Assembly (NCBI GenBank): GCA_963805855.1
Contig: CAWDVW010000007.1
Location: forward strand, 192,001-256,000
DNA length: 64,000 nt
Source of the DNA: Candidatus Dadabacteria bacterium
GTDB taxonomy: Bacteria; Desulfobacterota_D; UBA1144; Nemesobacterales; CSP1-2
Direction of reading: 5' to 3'
This document shows, piece by piece, positions 51,663 through 62,128 of this stretch (its first letter is position 1; each line of letters begins with the position of its first letter). Both the position numbers and the translations under genes were made by a program. The notes under the pieces are model-generated. The model worked only from the letters and a program-made list of their open reading frames with translations. It was not told the DNA's origin and ran no database searches.

Positions 51663-51793
51663 CACGCGGTTTATTAGCCTCAGCGAATAAGAAGTGTCTG
51701 TTGTCCCTGATTCTTGTCTAATCCATTCTGACCGTCCTTTTCAAAAAGGGGGATTCAGAAGAACTCTCTTTCCTGATTTCCAGGGCGCCGCTT

Positions 51794-51908
51794 TGTCATC
51801 TCGAGCGAATGCGAGAGATCTTGTAGTTAAGTTGGTAAAAGAAAAAATCAAAGGAAAGATTTCTCCTTGCAGTCGAAACATGGATTTCTCGCTCCGCTCG
51901 CAATGACA
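51794..51908. repeat. REPIN-like element, inverted copy of 48707-48818
   Basis: TGTCATCTCGAG...GAGAGATCTTGTAGTTAAGTTGGTAAA...AAAGGAAAGATTTCTC...GCAGTCGAAACATGGATTTC...ATGACA. Confidence 0.85.
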
Positions 51909-52009
51909 AAAAGGGGGACGAAAACCGATTTCTCATGGAACTCGCGCCGAATTAATGCCCGTTCCGTATGGCACAAATCTCCCTTACGGAAATTTCTCTT
52001 CTTGGCTCG

Positions 52010-52060
52010 TGTAACCCATGTACCCGGTCTATTCTGTTACCCAGGTGCCCGGTTTGGACC
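52010..52060. mobile_element. Orphan IS481-family-like terminal repeat
   Basis: TGTAACCCATGTACCCGGTCT-ATTC-TGTTACCCAGGTGCCCGGTTT-GGACC, an internal direct repeat at 25-bp period resembling IS481 ends; no transposase. Confidence 0.55.
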
Positions 52061-52209
52061 GGGGTGATACTACCCCCATCCTGCCCTTCCCCCTTTTGAA
52101 TGGGGAAGGGATTTTTATTGATTACCTGCTGGTTAATACTGACTTAAGGTAAGAGCCCTCGTAATCATTATTGAAATATCTCAGTTTTGGGGTTAAACCT
52201 TCCTGTATC

Positions 52210-53307
52210 ATGGAGGAATGGAAATACTGGTTGGGCCTGAGCTTCGTTCCAGGTATAGGTGATGTATGGTCTAAAAATCTAATTTCGAGGTTCCATAACC
52301 CCAGAGCAGTTTTTGAAGCCAGTGTGAAAGAGCTTGATCAGGTAGAAGGGATCGGTGGAAAGGCGGCAGAGGCAATCAAGAATTTCTCAGACTGGGGCAG
52401 GGTCGATACTGAGATCCAGAACTTAAGGAGGCTCGGCTTTAAGCTGGTCTCCATAACCGATAAAGAGTATCCGAGGAATCTCTCGAAGATTTACTATCCC
52501 CCTTCAATTCTCTATTTACACGGTGAGTTCTGCGCGAATGATGAGCAAGCTCTCGCAATAGTTGGCACGAGGGCGGCCGATCGATATGGGAGACTTGTAA
52601 CGGAGAGGTTAGCATCTGAACTGGCATCAATGGGCATCACCATCGTGAGTGGTATGGCGCGTGGGATTGATTCTGTCGCCCACACAGCGGCTTTAAAATC
52701 TGGAGGAAGGACCATAGCCGTTCTGGGGTCAGGCTTGGACGTTATATACCCACCCGAAAATAAAAATCTTTATAATCAGATTTCAGAAAACGGGGCAGTA
52801 ATATCCGAGTTCCCCCTGGGCTCTGATCCGGATGCGGTAAATTTCCCCAAGAGGAATCGAATAATAAGCGGTCTCTCGCTAGGCGTTCTTGTGATTCAAG
52901 CCTCCGAGAAGAGCGGGTCCTTAATCACAGCTTCGTTTGCGCTCGAACAAAACAGGGAGGTTTTTGCTGTGCCCGGTAATATCGCATCAAAACTCAGCCG
53001 TGGAACAAACGCGCTTATAAGACGAGGGGCGAAACTGGTCGATTCAATTGAGGATATCCTGGGTGAGATCGAAGCATTCAGGCGGCTTAAGCCAATGGAA
53101 CCGCCCGTTGATACTGGTCGTATTCTAGAAAGACTCAATGAAGATGGGAGAAGAATCTTTTCCACAATCACGAACGAGCCCATTCATATAGACGATATTA
53201 TCACGCAATCCGGGTTTGAGCCCCACAGGGTCTTATCCACCCTTCTCTCGCTGGAGCTCGAAGGTCTCATTACACAACTTCCTGGTAAAATGTTTCAGCT
53301 AAGATAA
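52210..53307 (+). CDS. dprA: DNA-processing protein DprA
   Basis: AIVGTR, VSGMARGID..AH, FP.RNRIISG, SGSLITA, REVFAVPG. Confidence 0.97.
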   Translation: MEEWKYWLGLSFVPGIGDVWSKNLISRFHNPRAVFEASVKELDQVEGIGGKAAEAIKNFSDWGRVDTEIQNLRRLGFKLVSITDKEYPRNLSKIYYPPSILYLHGEFCANDEQALAIVGTRAADRYGRLVTERLASELASMGITIVSGMARGIDSVAHTAALKSGGRTIAVLGSGLDVIYPPENKNLYNQISENGAVISEFPLGSDPDAVNFPKRNRIISGLSLGVLVIQASEKSGSLITASFALEQNREVFAVPGNIASKLSRGTNALIRRGAKLVDSIEDILGEIEAFRRLKPMEPPVDTGRILERLNEDGRRIFSTITNEPIHIDDIITQSGFEPHRVLSTLLSLELEGLITQLPGKMFQLR

Positions 53308-53453
53308 GTCCGAAGTTTTCAGAATGATTCTCCCCTTTACATAAGATAGGTGGTCTGATATTAATGGGGCTTCTGGTTTATTTTTTTTCGAAAATTCTTT
53401 AAGTTTATTGAATTTGTGATATCCTAGAATGACTTTGCAAACGGAGCAATGTG

Positions 53454-54845
53454 ATGAAAATAGGAATTGTCGGCACCGGGTATGTTGGTCTTGTTACAGG
53501 AGCATGCCTGGCATCTAGCGGGAGTAATGTAATCTGTGTCGATATTGATGACCGCAAGATAAAGGCTTTAAAGAAGGGGGTAGTTCCCTTTTACGAGCCG
53601 GGCCTTTCAGAGCTTGTCCGGTCAAACCTTAAGGAGGGGCGGCTCCATTTTACAACGGATATTTCCGAAGCTGTAAAAAAGTCGTTTATTGTGTTTGTGG
53701 CTGTTGGTACGCCTCCCAATGGCGATGGTTCGGCGGATACCGGCATGGTATTCAACGTGGCAAGATCGATCGCAGGGTGCCTGGACGATTATAAAATAAT
53801 TGTAACAAAGAGTACCGTACCCGTTGGAACAACCGAGATGGTCCGTGAAATAATCAGGGGAAATAGTGATTATGAGTTCGATGTGGCATCGAATCCCGAG
53901 TTTCTCAAGGAGGGGGCCGCTGTTGAGGACTTTATGAAACCTGACAGAGTGGTGATCGGCGTCGATAAGCCTTCTGTCGGGGGAATCTTGAAAGAGCTCT
54001 ATTCGCCTTTCATGAGGTCCGGCGACAGGGCTATGGTTGTATCCATAAGGTCAGCTGAACTTGCCAAGTATACTGCGAATGCGATGTTGGCTACGAGAAT
54101 TTCCTTTATGAATGAAATTGCAAATCTCTGTGAGCTTGTTGGTGCTGATGTTTCGGAGATTAGACAGGTCATCGGTAGCGATCACAGAATAGGACGCCAT
54201 TTCTTATTTCCTGGAATTGGCTATGGAGGCTCGTGCTTTCCTAAGGACGTAAGGGCGATCATCAAGACAGCTGGAGACCTGAATTTTGATCTAAGGATCT
54301 GTAAGGCGACGGATCAGGTTAACACACGGCAGAGAGAGCTTTTCTGGCAGAAGATTGAAGGGATTTTCGGGGGGAGGTTAAAGGGTAAAAAGATTGCTTT
54401 ATGGGGTCTCTCATTCAAGCCCAAGACCGACGACATAAGGGAGGCTCCGTCTTTATACGTGATTGATAGGCTGTTGTCGGCTGGCGTTGAGGTAACGGTT
54501 CATGACCCGGTTGCGATGGAGAAAGTAAGGGGAATTTACGGTAAAAAGATAAAATACGCGGAGTCTAACTATGATGCTTGCGTAAATAAAGACGCGCTGG
54601 TAATTAATACAGAATGGAACGAGTACCACCAGCCTGACTTCGCCAAAATGAAGAAAATGATGAGATCCCCAATCATAGTGGATGGCAGGAATTTATATAA
54701 TCCTAAGATGCTTAGGGACCTTGGGTTCATCTATATTGGGGTAGGTATCAATAATCTTGAGAATATCGGCGAGCTCGATGACGGGAGCAGTCTGGCTGAT
54801 CTTGTAAAGAAAACGCCGGGTGTTAAAGCACGACAAAGGATTTAG
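53454..54845 (+). CDS. ugd: UDP-glucose 6-dehydrogenase
   Basis: GTGYVG, KSTVPVGT, SNPEFLKEG, GYGGSCFPKD, FKPKTDD.RE. Confidence 0.95.
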   Translation: MKIGIVGTGYVGLVTGACLASSGSNVICVDIDDRKIKALKKGVVPFYEPGLSELVRSNLKEGRLHFTTDISEAVKKSFIVFVAVGTPPNGDGSADTGMVFNVARSIAGCLDDYKIIVTKSTVPVGTTEMVREIIRGNSDYEFDVASNPEFLKEGAAVEDFMKPDRVVIGVDKPSVGGILKELYSPFMRSGDRAMVVSIRSAELAKYTANAMLATRISFMNEIANLCELVGADVSEIRQVIGSDHRIGRHFLFPGIGYGGSCFPKDVRAIIKTAGDLNFDLRICKATDQVNTRQRELFWQKIEGIFGGRLKGKKIALWGLSFKPKTDDIREAPSLYVIDRLLSAGVEVTVHDPVAMEKVRGIYGKKIKYAESNYDACVNKDALVINTEWNEYHQPDFAKMKKMMRSPIIVDGRNLYNPKMLRDLGFIYIGVGINNLENIGELDDGSSLADLVKKTPGVKARQRI

Positions 54846-55211
54846 GGCGTAATATGGTTAAATAAATGTCATGAGATCATCGTATAAATTTACGATAGAG
54901 GCTATTACCAAACTTTAGAGATAGCTTGTAAATCTTAATCAAACACTTAACATACTTTATCAGGTATAATCTATAATGTGCTTAAATTACTCAATAAGCC
55001 ACAATCACAAATCTCTTTAAAGTCTGTATGCCGCCCGTGATTGATCCCTGAGCAAAAAACCAGTGTCGTTCAATTTCCAGACATGGGCACTCTCAGCGTA
55101 TTGCAAAAGGGTATATTATCAGGTAGAAGGTTCTACAATTTAAGAATAGGATTGAATCTTAAGCTTTTGTGATTAATCTAACAGTTAAAAGACATACAGT
55201 AAGGGGGGTTA

Positions 55212-57320
55212 ATGTCTAAGTCACTTATCATAGTTGAGTCTCCATCCAAGGCGAAGACCATAAAAAAGTATTTGGGTAATGATTACAGCGTCGAGGCTTC
55301 CTCAGGTCATCTAATTGATCTTCCACCCAGCAAACTCGGTGTAGATATAGATAAGGATTTTAAGCCAAACTACGTTGTGATAAAGGGAAAGAACAAATTT
55401 CTCTCTCAGCTTGCCAAGGCTGCAGAAAATGTCGATAGGGTATATCTCGCGTCGGATCCAGACAGAGAGGGAGAAGCAATAGCCTGGCATATCGTGAACA
55501 GGCTTAAATTGAAAGATAGGGCATACAGGGTGCTGATATATGAAATTACTCAAAAGGGCGTACTCGATTCCTTAGAACATCCAACGAACCTGAGCCAGGA
55601 TAGGTTTGAGGCCCAGCAGGCACGGCGAATACTGGACCGGCTCGTAGGATATCAGGTAAGCCCAATTCTTTGGAGGAAAGTAAAGAGGGGTCTGAGTGCG
55701 GGGAGGGTGCAGAGTGTTGCACTCAGGATGATTGTTGAGCGAGAGAGGGATATAGAGAGCTTTAAGACAGAGGAGTACTGGACGGTTGAATCCAATTTGC
55801 AGAAATTGGCAGATGGGCATAACGGGTCATTTCAAGCAATCCTTCATAATTATAATGGCAAAAAGATAAAGATAGGTAATGAAGAAGAGGCCACGAGGAT
55901 TGTGGATTCAATTAAGGGTGAAAGGTTTACGGTTGTTTCTGTCGATAGAAAAGAGAGGATCAGGAAAACACTCCCGCCGTTCATCACAAGTACATTACAG
56001 CAAGAGGCGTCGAGAAAACTTAGGTTTGCTGTGAAAAAAACGATGTCTGTTGCTCAAAAGCTTTACGAGGGCCTAGAACTAGGAGACGAAGGGCCGATGG
56101 GTCTGATAACGTATATGAGAACGGACTCTGTAAGGATATCTGAACATGCTATCGGCGAGGCGAGGTCATACATTAAGGATACGTATGGCGGTGAGTACCT
56201 TCCCAAGAAGCCTAATGTGTTTAAGGTAAAGAAATCTGCTCAAGATGCCCATGAGGCCGTTAGGCCGACTGCGGTGATCAAGACCCCCGACTCGATAAAA
56301 TCCTTTTTAACTGAAGATCAGTTTCAGCTTTATAAGCTCATTTGGAATAGATTTATTGCGTCGCAAATGAATCCTGCGATATATGACCAGACAACGGTTG
56401 ATATAAATGCCGGAAGGGGCGTGTTTCGCGCGACCGGTTCGATTATTAAATTTCCTGGTTTCAGTGTGGTGTACAGAGAGGGAAAGGAAGAGGAGGAAGA
56501 GGCGAAAGACTCCGAAGAAGGCAAGAAGCTGCCCGAATTAGCTGTTGGTGAAGAGCTCAGGGTATTAGAACTCGGCGGGAAGCAACACTTCACGCAACCT
56601 CCGCCTAGGTACACTGAAAGCTCGCTGGTAAAGGAGCTCGAGGAAAAAGGGATAGGTCGTCCGTCGACCTATGCAGCTATACTCTCCACCATACAGGAAA
56701 GGGAATATGTGCTGAAGGAGAAAACCAAGTTAAAGCCGACTGCTCTGGGCCGTTCGGTAAATGATCTTCTTATAGATGGTTTTCCTGAAATCATGGACAT
56801 TAAGTTTACGGCAGAAATGGAGGAAAAACTCGACGAGGTGGAAGAAGGTAAAGCATACTGGGTTGATATCCTGAAGGGGTTTTATAGCGGGTTCTCTTCG
56901 AGGCTCGATAACGCCGAAAGGTCGATGAGAAGCTTGAGAAAAGAGGGGATACCAACGGATATAGATTGCTCACAATGCGGAGCAAAGATGTTGATTAAAT
57001 GGGGTAAAAGAGGAGAGTTTCTATCATGTTCCAGGTATCCGGAATGCAAGAATGCGAAGAAGTTTGCTTACGGTAGGGACGGGGAGATTATGATAATAGA
57101 AAAATCGGAGCCTGAGGTAATGCATGATATCGTTTGCGATCTGTGTGGTAAACCTATGGCGGTTAGGACCAGCAGGTATGGAAAGTTTTTGGGTTGTACC
57201 GGCTATCCCAAATGTAAGAATGTAAAGAAAATCGATCACGTAAGCAAGGATATTGTTGATGGTGGCAAGAGCCATAAAGAGGAAGACGACACAAATCAAC
57301 TAAAAAGGAAGATTATTTAA
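55212..57320 (+). CDS. topA: DNA topoisomerase I with two C-terminal zinc ribbons
   Basis: IVESPSKAKTI, DPDREGE, SAGRVQS, LITYMRTDS, GIGRPSTY. Confidence 0.98.
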   Translation: MSKSLIIVESPSKAKTIKKYLGNDYSVEASSGHLIDLPPSKLGVDIDKDFKPNYVVIKGKNKFLSQLAKAAENVDRVYLASDPDREGEAIAWHIVNRLKLKDRAYRVLIYEITQKGVLDSLEHPTNLSQDRFEAQQARRILDRLVGYQVSPILWRKVKRGLSAGRVQSVALRMIVERERDIESFKTEEYWTVESNLQKLADGHNGSFQAILHNYNGKKIKIGNEEEATRIVDSIKGERFTVVSVDRKERIRKTLPPFITSTLQQEASRKLRFAVKKTMSVAQKLYEGLELGDEGPMGLITYMRTDSVRISEHAIGEARSYIKDTYGGEYLPKKPNVFKVKKSAQDAHEAVRPTAVIKTPDSIKSFLTEDQFQLYKLIWNRFIASQMNPAIYDQTTVDINAGRGVFRATGSIIKFPGFSVVYREGKEEEEEAKDSEEGKKLPELAVGEELRVLELGGKQHFTQPPPRYTESSLVKELEEKGIGRPSTYAAILSTIQEREYVLKEKTKLKPTALGRSVNDLLIDGFPEIMDIKFTAEMEEKLDEVEEGKAYWVDILKGFYSGFSSRLDNAERSMRSLRKEGIPTDIDCSQCGAKMLIKWGKRGEFLSCSRYPECKNAKKFAYGRDGEIMIIEKSEPEVMHDIVCDLCGKPMAVRTSRYGKFLGCTGYPKCKNVKKIDHVSKDIVDGGKSHKEEDDTNQLKRKII

Positions 57321-57542
57321 AAGAGGATACCAACGTATCGAATATTAAAGCATTATTAGTAGGAGTCTTCGGCGGGATGTGTGCTTAATATTGATAATGA
57401 TAGAAACCTTACTCGGAGAATTTTTTGAATTAAAGGTTAATTTCGCCCCCCGCTGAGAAGAGACCAGACTTAACGTTATTCCTCCGGTCCGGAATACCCC
57501 GCACTTGAAAAGATTGAACAACTCCCAGTAAAATCTTTAACT

Positions 57543-60023
57543 GTGACTGAAGGTCTACAGAAAATTTTGGAGTCCCTTGAGAAACCTCTCAGGTTTGCAT
57601 CCAGGACAAACTTTCACAATATCCATAAAGTAAAGGATCTGGACAAGGTGGTAGAAGACATAACTCTCAGAGCACTATCGCTCGACCTGAGCGAAAAAGA
57701 GGTTGCGATGCTTAAATCTTTAAGGGAGTCATTCGGCGCATATAATAGATTACAGCTTGACGGTAAGAAAAAATTAATAATGGACTCACTCGGTTTAATA
57801 ACTAGATTAAAGGGTTTTGACGACTATCCTGTTGATGAGACTTTGGCAACTCCAGAAGTCAATAGTCCTGCACCCGATAAAATGGATATATCGCAAATCT
57901 CGATCCAATATGTGAAGGGGGTCGGGCCCAGGATAGCTGAATTACTTTCAAGGAGAGGTATAAAGACAGTTGAAGATGCCCTTAATTACTTTCCGCGCAA
58001 ATATGAAGATAGAAGAAACATTAAGAGAATATCTACACTAAAGCCTAATACCCGCCAGACTGTAATGGGTAAAATTGTTCTCAGCGGAGTGGTGAGATCG
58101 AGGTCAAGGGGAATTTATCAGGTTATTGTTTCCGATGGAACAGGAACGCTCGCTCTTTCGTGGTATCAATACAGTCCTAAATATCTCAAGGCAACATATA
58201 AGAAGGGTTATACGGTAATATTGAGTGGAGATGTGACTTTAAATCGCTACAACAATACGCTTCAGATTGTCCATCCAAGTCCTGATGATGTAGAGGTTTT
58301 TGATGACATTGAAGGCATCGAAAAAGACATGCTCAATTTCAATAGGATCGTTCCGATTTACCCATTGACCGAGGGTATAAAACAGAGACGTATCAGGAAG
58401 ATTGAAAGCCTTGTATTGGATACTTATGCTAAAAGCCTATTCGATTATGTTCCATACGAAGTAAGGAAGAGAAATCATCTAATAGGTATAGATCAGGCAA
58501 TCTCAAGGGTTCACTTCCCAAGCAATTCGGACAACCCTGTAGATTTGTCGGATACGAGTTCTATTTATAATTCTCTCCCTCACAGGACCGTTTCATTCAA
58601 TGAATTTTTCCTCCTGGAGGTAGGGCTTGCCCTTAAAAAGCGCGACGTTTCGAAAATGCCCGGGATATCATTTAATCCTACGGGAGAGCTTACTAAAAAA
58701 CTGCTTTTAGGGCTTCCATTCAAGCTTACCTCTGCTCAATCACGTGTCCTTTCTGAGATAGAGGCTGATATGAGAGGAGATCGCCCCATGAACAGGCTTC
58801 TCCAGGGGGATGTGGGGAGCGGTAAAACCGTGGTGGCACTGTTGTCCATGTTAAAAGCGGTCGAGAGCGGATACCAGGCTGCTTTAATGGCGCCTACAGA
58901 AATCCTCGCTGAACAGCATTTGAGGTCTGTCCTCAAATATGTTGATGGATTTGGTATTAAGGTCGTACTCTTGAAGAGTGCTCAAACTAGAAACGAGAAA
59001 GAGTCGAATTATGATGCAATCAGTTCTGGAGATGCAAACATAGTTATTGGAACACATGCGTTGCTTCAAGGGAAGGTTGAATTCAGAGAGCTTGGCTTTG
59101 TGGTGATAGATGAGCAGCACAGATTTGGGGTGATTCAGAGAGCCCTACTGAGAAGTAAGGGTAAGAACCCCGACGTTCTTGTTATGACTGCTACACCTAT
59201 TCCAAGGACCCTTGCCATGACCGTATATGGAGATCTCGATGTTTCCATTCTCGATGAAATGCCCCCTCATCAACAGTCGATAAAGACCTTCGTCTTCTTC
59301 GAGGAAAAAGGCGCACGCGATAAAGCATATGACCTTGTCAGGCAGGAGGTTACCAAAGGGAGACAGGCATATATTGTCTATCCTTTGATTGAGGAGTCTG
59401 AAAGCCCCGACCATAGGGAGTTGAGGTTCGCAACTAAAATGTTTGATGAGTTGAAGGAGGATGTATTTCCTGAATTTCGACTTGGTCTACTTCACGGGAG
59501 GATGAAGACTGAAGATAAGAATGAGGTTATGAAAGGATTTATTTCGTGCCAAATTGATATCCTTGTCGCGACAACCGTGGTAGAGGTTGGGGTGGATGTT
59601 CCGAATGCGACGGTTATGGTAATCGAAAATTCTGAGAGATACGGTCTCTCACAACTCCATCAATTGCGGGGTCGGGTTGGGAGAGGGGAACATGAGTCTA
59701 TATGCATCTTAATATCCGCTGCGAGGAGATCCGTTGATGCTCACCAGAGGCTCTCTATTTTGAAGGGTACTTCTGATGGTTTTAGAATTGCAGAAGCGGA
59801 TCTCATGATTCGGGGTCCAGGGGAGTTCATTGGAACTAGGCAATCCGGTCTGCCGGAGTTCAGGTTTGCGAACTTGTTGAGAGACGCTAGAATACTTGGT
59901 GAGGCCAGAAATGAGGCTTTTAATATCATAAGAGAGGATCCGACACTTGCCAATTATCCGAGATTGTTTAAAGAAGTTCTCAAAAGATGGGGGGAGAGTC
60001 TGGAGCTTGCCGGTATTTCTTAG
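57543..60023 (+). CDS. recG: ATP-dependent DNA helicase RecG with an N-terminal extension
   Basis: GDVGSGKT, DEQHRFG, MTATPIPR, QLRGRVGR, RGPGE..GTRQSG. Confidence 0.98.
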   Translation: MTEGLQKILESLEKPLRFASRTNFHNIHKVKDLDKVVEDITLRALSLDLSEKEVAMLKSLRESFGAYNRLQLDGKKKLIMDSLGLITRLKGFDDYPVDETLATPEVNSPAPDKMDISQISIQYVKGVGPRIAELLSRRGIKTVEDALNYFPRKYEDRRNIKRISTLKPNTRQTVMGKIVLSGVVRSRSRGIYQVIVSDGTGTLALSWYQYSPKYLKATYKKGYTVILSGDVTLNRYNNTLQIVHPSPDDVEVFDDIEGIEKDMLNFNRIVPIYPLTEGIKQRRIRKIESLVLDTYAKSLFDYVPYEVRKRNHLIGIDQAISRVHFPSNSDNPVDLSDTSSIYNSLPHRTVSFNEFFLLEVGLALKKRDVSKMPGISFNPTGELTKKLLLGLPFKLTSAQSRVLSEIEADMRGDRPMNRLLQGDVGSGKTVVALLSMLKAVESGYQAALMAPTEILAEQHLRSVLKYVDGFGIKVVLLKSAQTRNEKESNYDAISSGDANIVIGTHALLQGKVEFRELGFVVIDEQHRFGVIQRALLRSKGKNPDVLVMTATPIPRTLAMTVYGDLDVSILDEMPPHQQSIKTFVFFEEKGARDKAYDLVRQEVTKGRQAYIVYPLIEESESPDHRELRFATKMFDELKEDVFPEFRLGLLHGRMKTEDKNEVMKGFISCQIDILVATTVVEVGVDVPNATVMVIENSERYGLSQLHQLRGRVGRGEHESICILISAARRSVDAHQRLSILKGTSDGFRIAEADLMIRGPGEFIGTRQSGLPEFRFANLLRDARILGEARNEAFNIIREDPTLANYPRLFKEVLKRWGESLELAGIS

Positions 60024-60041
60024 AAACAGGATTTTGAAATT

Positions 60042-60773
60042 ATGCATCTGAGTGTAATCATCCCGGCATTAAATGAACATCAATACATGTCCGATACTAT
60101 ACAGGCGGTGCGGCATAACGCCATTATCGGGGGGCCTCATGAAATCATAGTTGTAGATACCGGCTCGGTGGATGGAACTCCTAAAATTGCTAGGGAGCTC
60201 GGTGTGAAGCTTATTGAAATTAGACCCGAGATAGCTGGTCGGGCCCAAGCTCTGAACACAGGTGCCAGTATTTCAACAGGGGATGTGTATTTGTTTCTCG
60301 ACGCGGATACGATTCTTCCCTTGGGGTATGACGCGGCGATCAAAACCGTTCTGGAGAATCAGGATATAGCTGGTGGCGCATTTGAATTCGCCCTTGATGG
60401 AAAGGGTTTTGGTTTGCGTGTAGTTGAATTGATTAACCGTATTCGCTACAGAATCTCACATCAATTTTACGGGGACCAGGGTATTTTCGTGCGCGCCACC
60501 GTGTTTCGCGGAGTAGGTGGATACCCGAAAAAAGGGATTCTTGAGGCTTCCGATTTCTGCTCCTTATTGAAGAAGGTGGGAAAGTTGGCTCTGATCAGAA
60601 AAAAAATTAAAACTTCTCCCCGCCGATTCCTAGAGGGTGGGGTCTATAGAGTTCTCGCAGGCGATATAAAAATATGGTGGCTCGATCTAATGGGAAAGCC
60701 GGTCGATCAATTCGGTGATATTTACTGGAAGAAGAATATATACAAAGCCAAGAAATGCCCTTCGGAGAAATAA
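60042..60773 (+). CDS. GT2 glycosyltransferase (TIGR04283-like)
   Basis: SVIIPALNE, GRAQALN.GA, FLDAD, YGDQGIF, TS.RRF. Confidence 0.85.
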   Translation: MHLSVIIPALNEHQYMSDTIQAVRHNAIIGGPHEIIVVDTGSVDGTPKIARELGVKLIEIRPEIAGRAQALNTGASISTGDVYLFLDADTILPLGYDAAIKTVLENQDIAGGAFEFALDGKGFGLRVVELINRIRYRISHQFYGDQGIFVRATVFRGVGGYPKKGILEASDFCSLLKKVGKLALIRKKIKTSPRRFLEGGVYRVLAGDIKIWWLDLMGKPVDQFGDIYWKKNIYKAKKCPSEK

Positions 60774-60793
60774 TCCTCAAACGAAGTAAGTGA

Positions 60794-62110
60794 TCAGCCC
60801 TCTAAAAGCAGGGCTCCGGGGTCTTCTATAAGTCGCTTGATCCTTACCAGGAATAAGACTGCTTCTCGCCCATCCACTATACGGTGATCATAGCTTAGAA
60901 CCACGTACATCATGGGGCGTATCTCTATGTTTTGGTTTATTACCACGGGTCTGTCCTCAATTTTGTGCATACCCAGGATGCCCACCTGCGGAGGGTTGAG
61001 AATAGGTGTGCTCAGCAATGATCCAAAAACGCCCCCGTTTGTTATAGTGAAAGTACCTCCCAGTAAATCCTCGAGTGAAAGTGTTTCATCCTCGGTTTTC
61101 TTAACATATTCAGCAATTTGCTTTTCGATTTCAGCGAAGGACATCTTGTCGGCATCGCGTAAAACCGGTACTACCAATCCCCCTGAAGCTCCAATAGCTA
61201 CCCCAATATCATAGTAATTTTTGAGAACTATTTCATCTTCCTGTATTTCCGCATTCAAAAGTGGAAAGTCTTTCAAAGCTCCTATTGATGCCTTGACAAA
61301 GAATGAAACTATGCCAAGACCGATCCCGTATCGTTCCTTAAATGACTCCTTATGGCGTTTGCGGAGTTTCATTAGAGAGCTCATATCGATCTCGTTAAAC
61401 GTAGAGAGAATCGCCGCTGTCCTCTGGGCTTCCAGCATACGGCGAGCTATGGTCCGTCGGCGACGAGACATTCGGATTCTCTCTTCTTGCCTGGAAGGTT
61501 CTGCCTCGGGTTTGGGAGCGGTTGGCTCTTTCGAGACCTTCTGTTCCCTCTGTTCAATCTCTCGGGGTTTGGGCTCAGACCTCTTCTTCTCAAGGAAGTG
61601 TTCTATATCTTCTTTTGTGATTCTTCCGTTGGGCCCTGAACCTTCAATTAACCTCAGATCGACGTCATTTTCTTCGGCAATCCGTCTTGCCACAGGAGTG
61701 GCTTTAATCTCTGGTATTTCCTGTTCTTCTTTTACTACCCTAAGGGGTTCTCTCTCTTTTTTTTCAGATTCTTTACCCCTAACGTCAATTTTTTTGTCTG
61801 ATTCCTTTGCTGCTTTCTCACTTTTATCCCTTTCCTGGTCAGGCTTTACTTTTTGTTCTCCTTCTTCCTTTCGAGTTTCATCTATTACCCCTAATACGTC
61901 GCCTACCATGACATCGTCTTCTTCGGATTTGTCTATGCGTACGAGAATACCTCCCTTCTCAGCCCCTACCTCGAAATTTGCTTTCTCGGTCTCCAGCTCT
62001 ACAACAGCTTCACCTGGATTCACCGCTTCTCCTTCTTTTTTTAGCCATCTGACGACCGTGGCTTCGACCACTGATTCACCCATTTCGGGTACTACTATGT
62101 TGAACGACAT
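60794..62110 (-). CDS. sucB: 2-oxoglutarate dehydrogenase E2 (dihydrolipoamide succinyltransferase)
   Basis: Lipoyl domain ETEKA, ATPVARR E3-binding domain, [17 protein letters not shown]. Confidence 0.96.
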   Translation of the reverse strand: MSFNIVVPEMGESVVEATVVRWLKKEGEAVNPGEAVVELETEKANFEVGAEKGGILVRIDKSEEDDVMVGDVLGVIDETRKEEGEQKVKPDQERDKSEKAAKESDKKIDVRGKESEKKEREPLRVVKEEQEIPEIKATPVARRIAEENDVDLRLIEGSGPNGRITKEDIEHFLEKKRSEPKPREIEQREQKVSKEPTAPKPEAEPSRQEERIRMSRRRRTIARRMLEAQRTAAILSTFNEIDMSSLMKLRKRHKESFKERYGIGLGIVSFFVKASIGALKDFPLLNAEIQEDEIVLKNYYDIGVAIGASGGLVVPVLRDADKMSFAEIEKQIAEYVKKTEDETLSLEDLLGGTFTITNGGVFGSLLSTPILNPPQVGILGMHKIEDRPVVINQNIEIRPMMYVVLSYDHRIVDGREAVLFLVRIKRLIEDPGALLLEG

Positions 62111-62128
62111 GAGTTTCGATTCTCCGGA

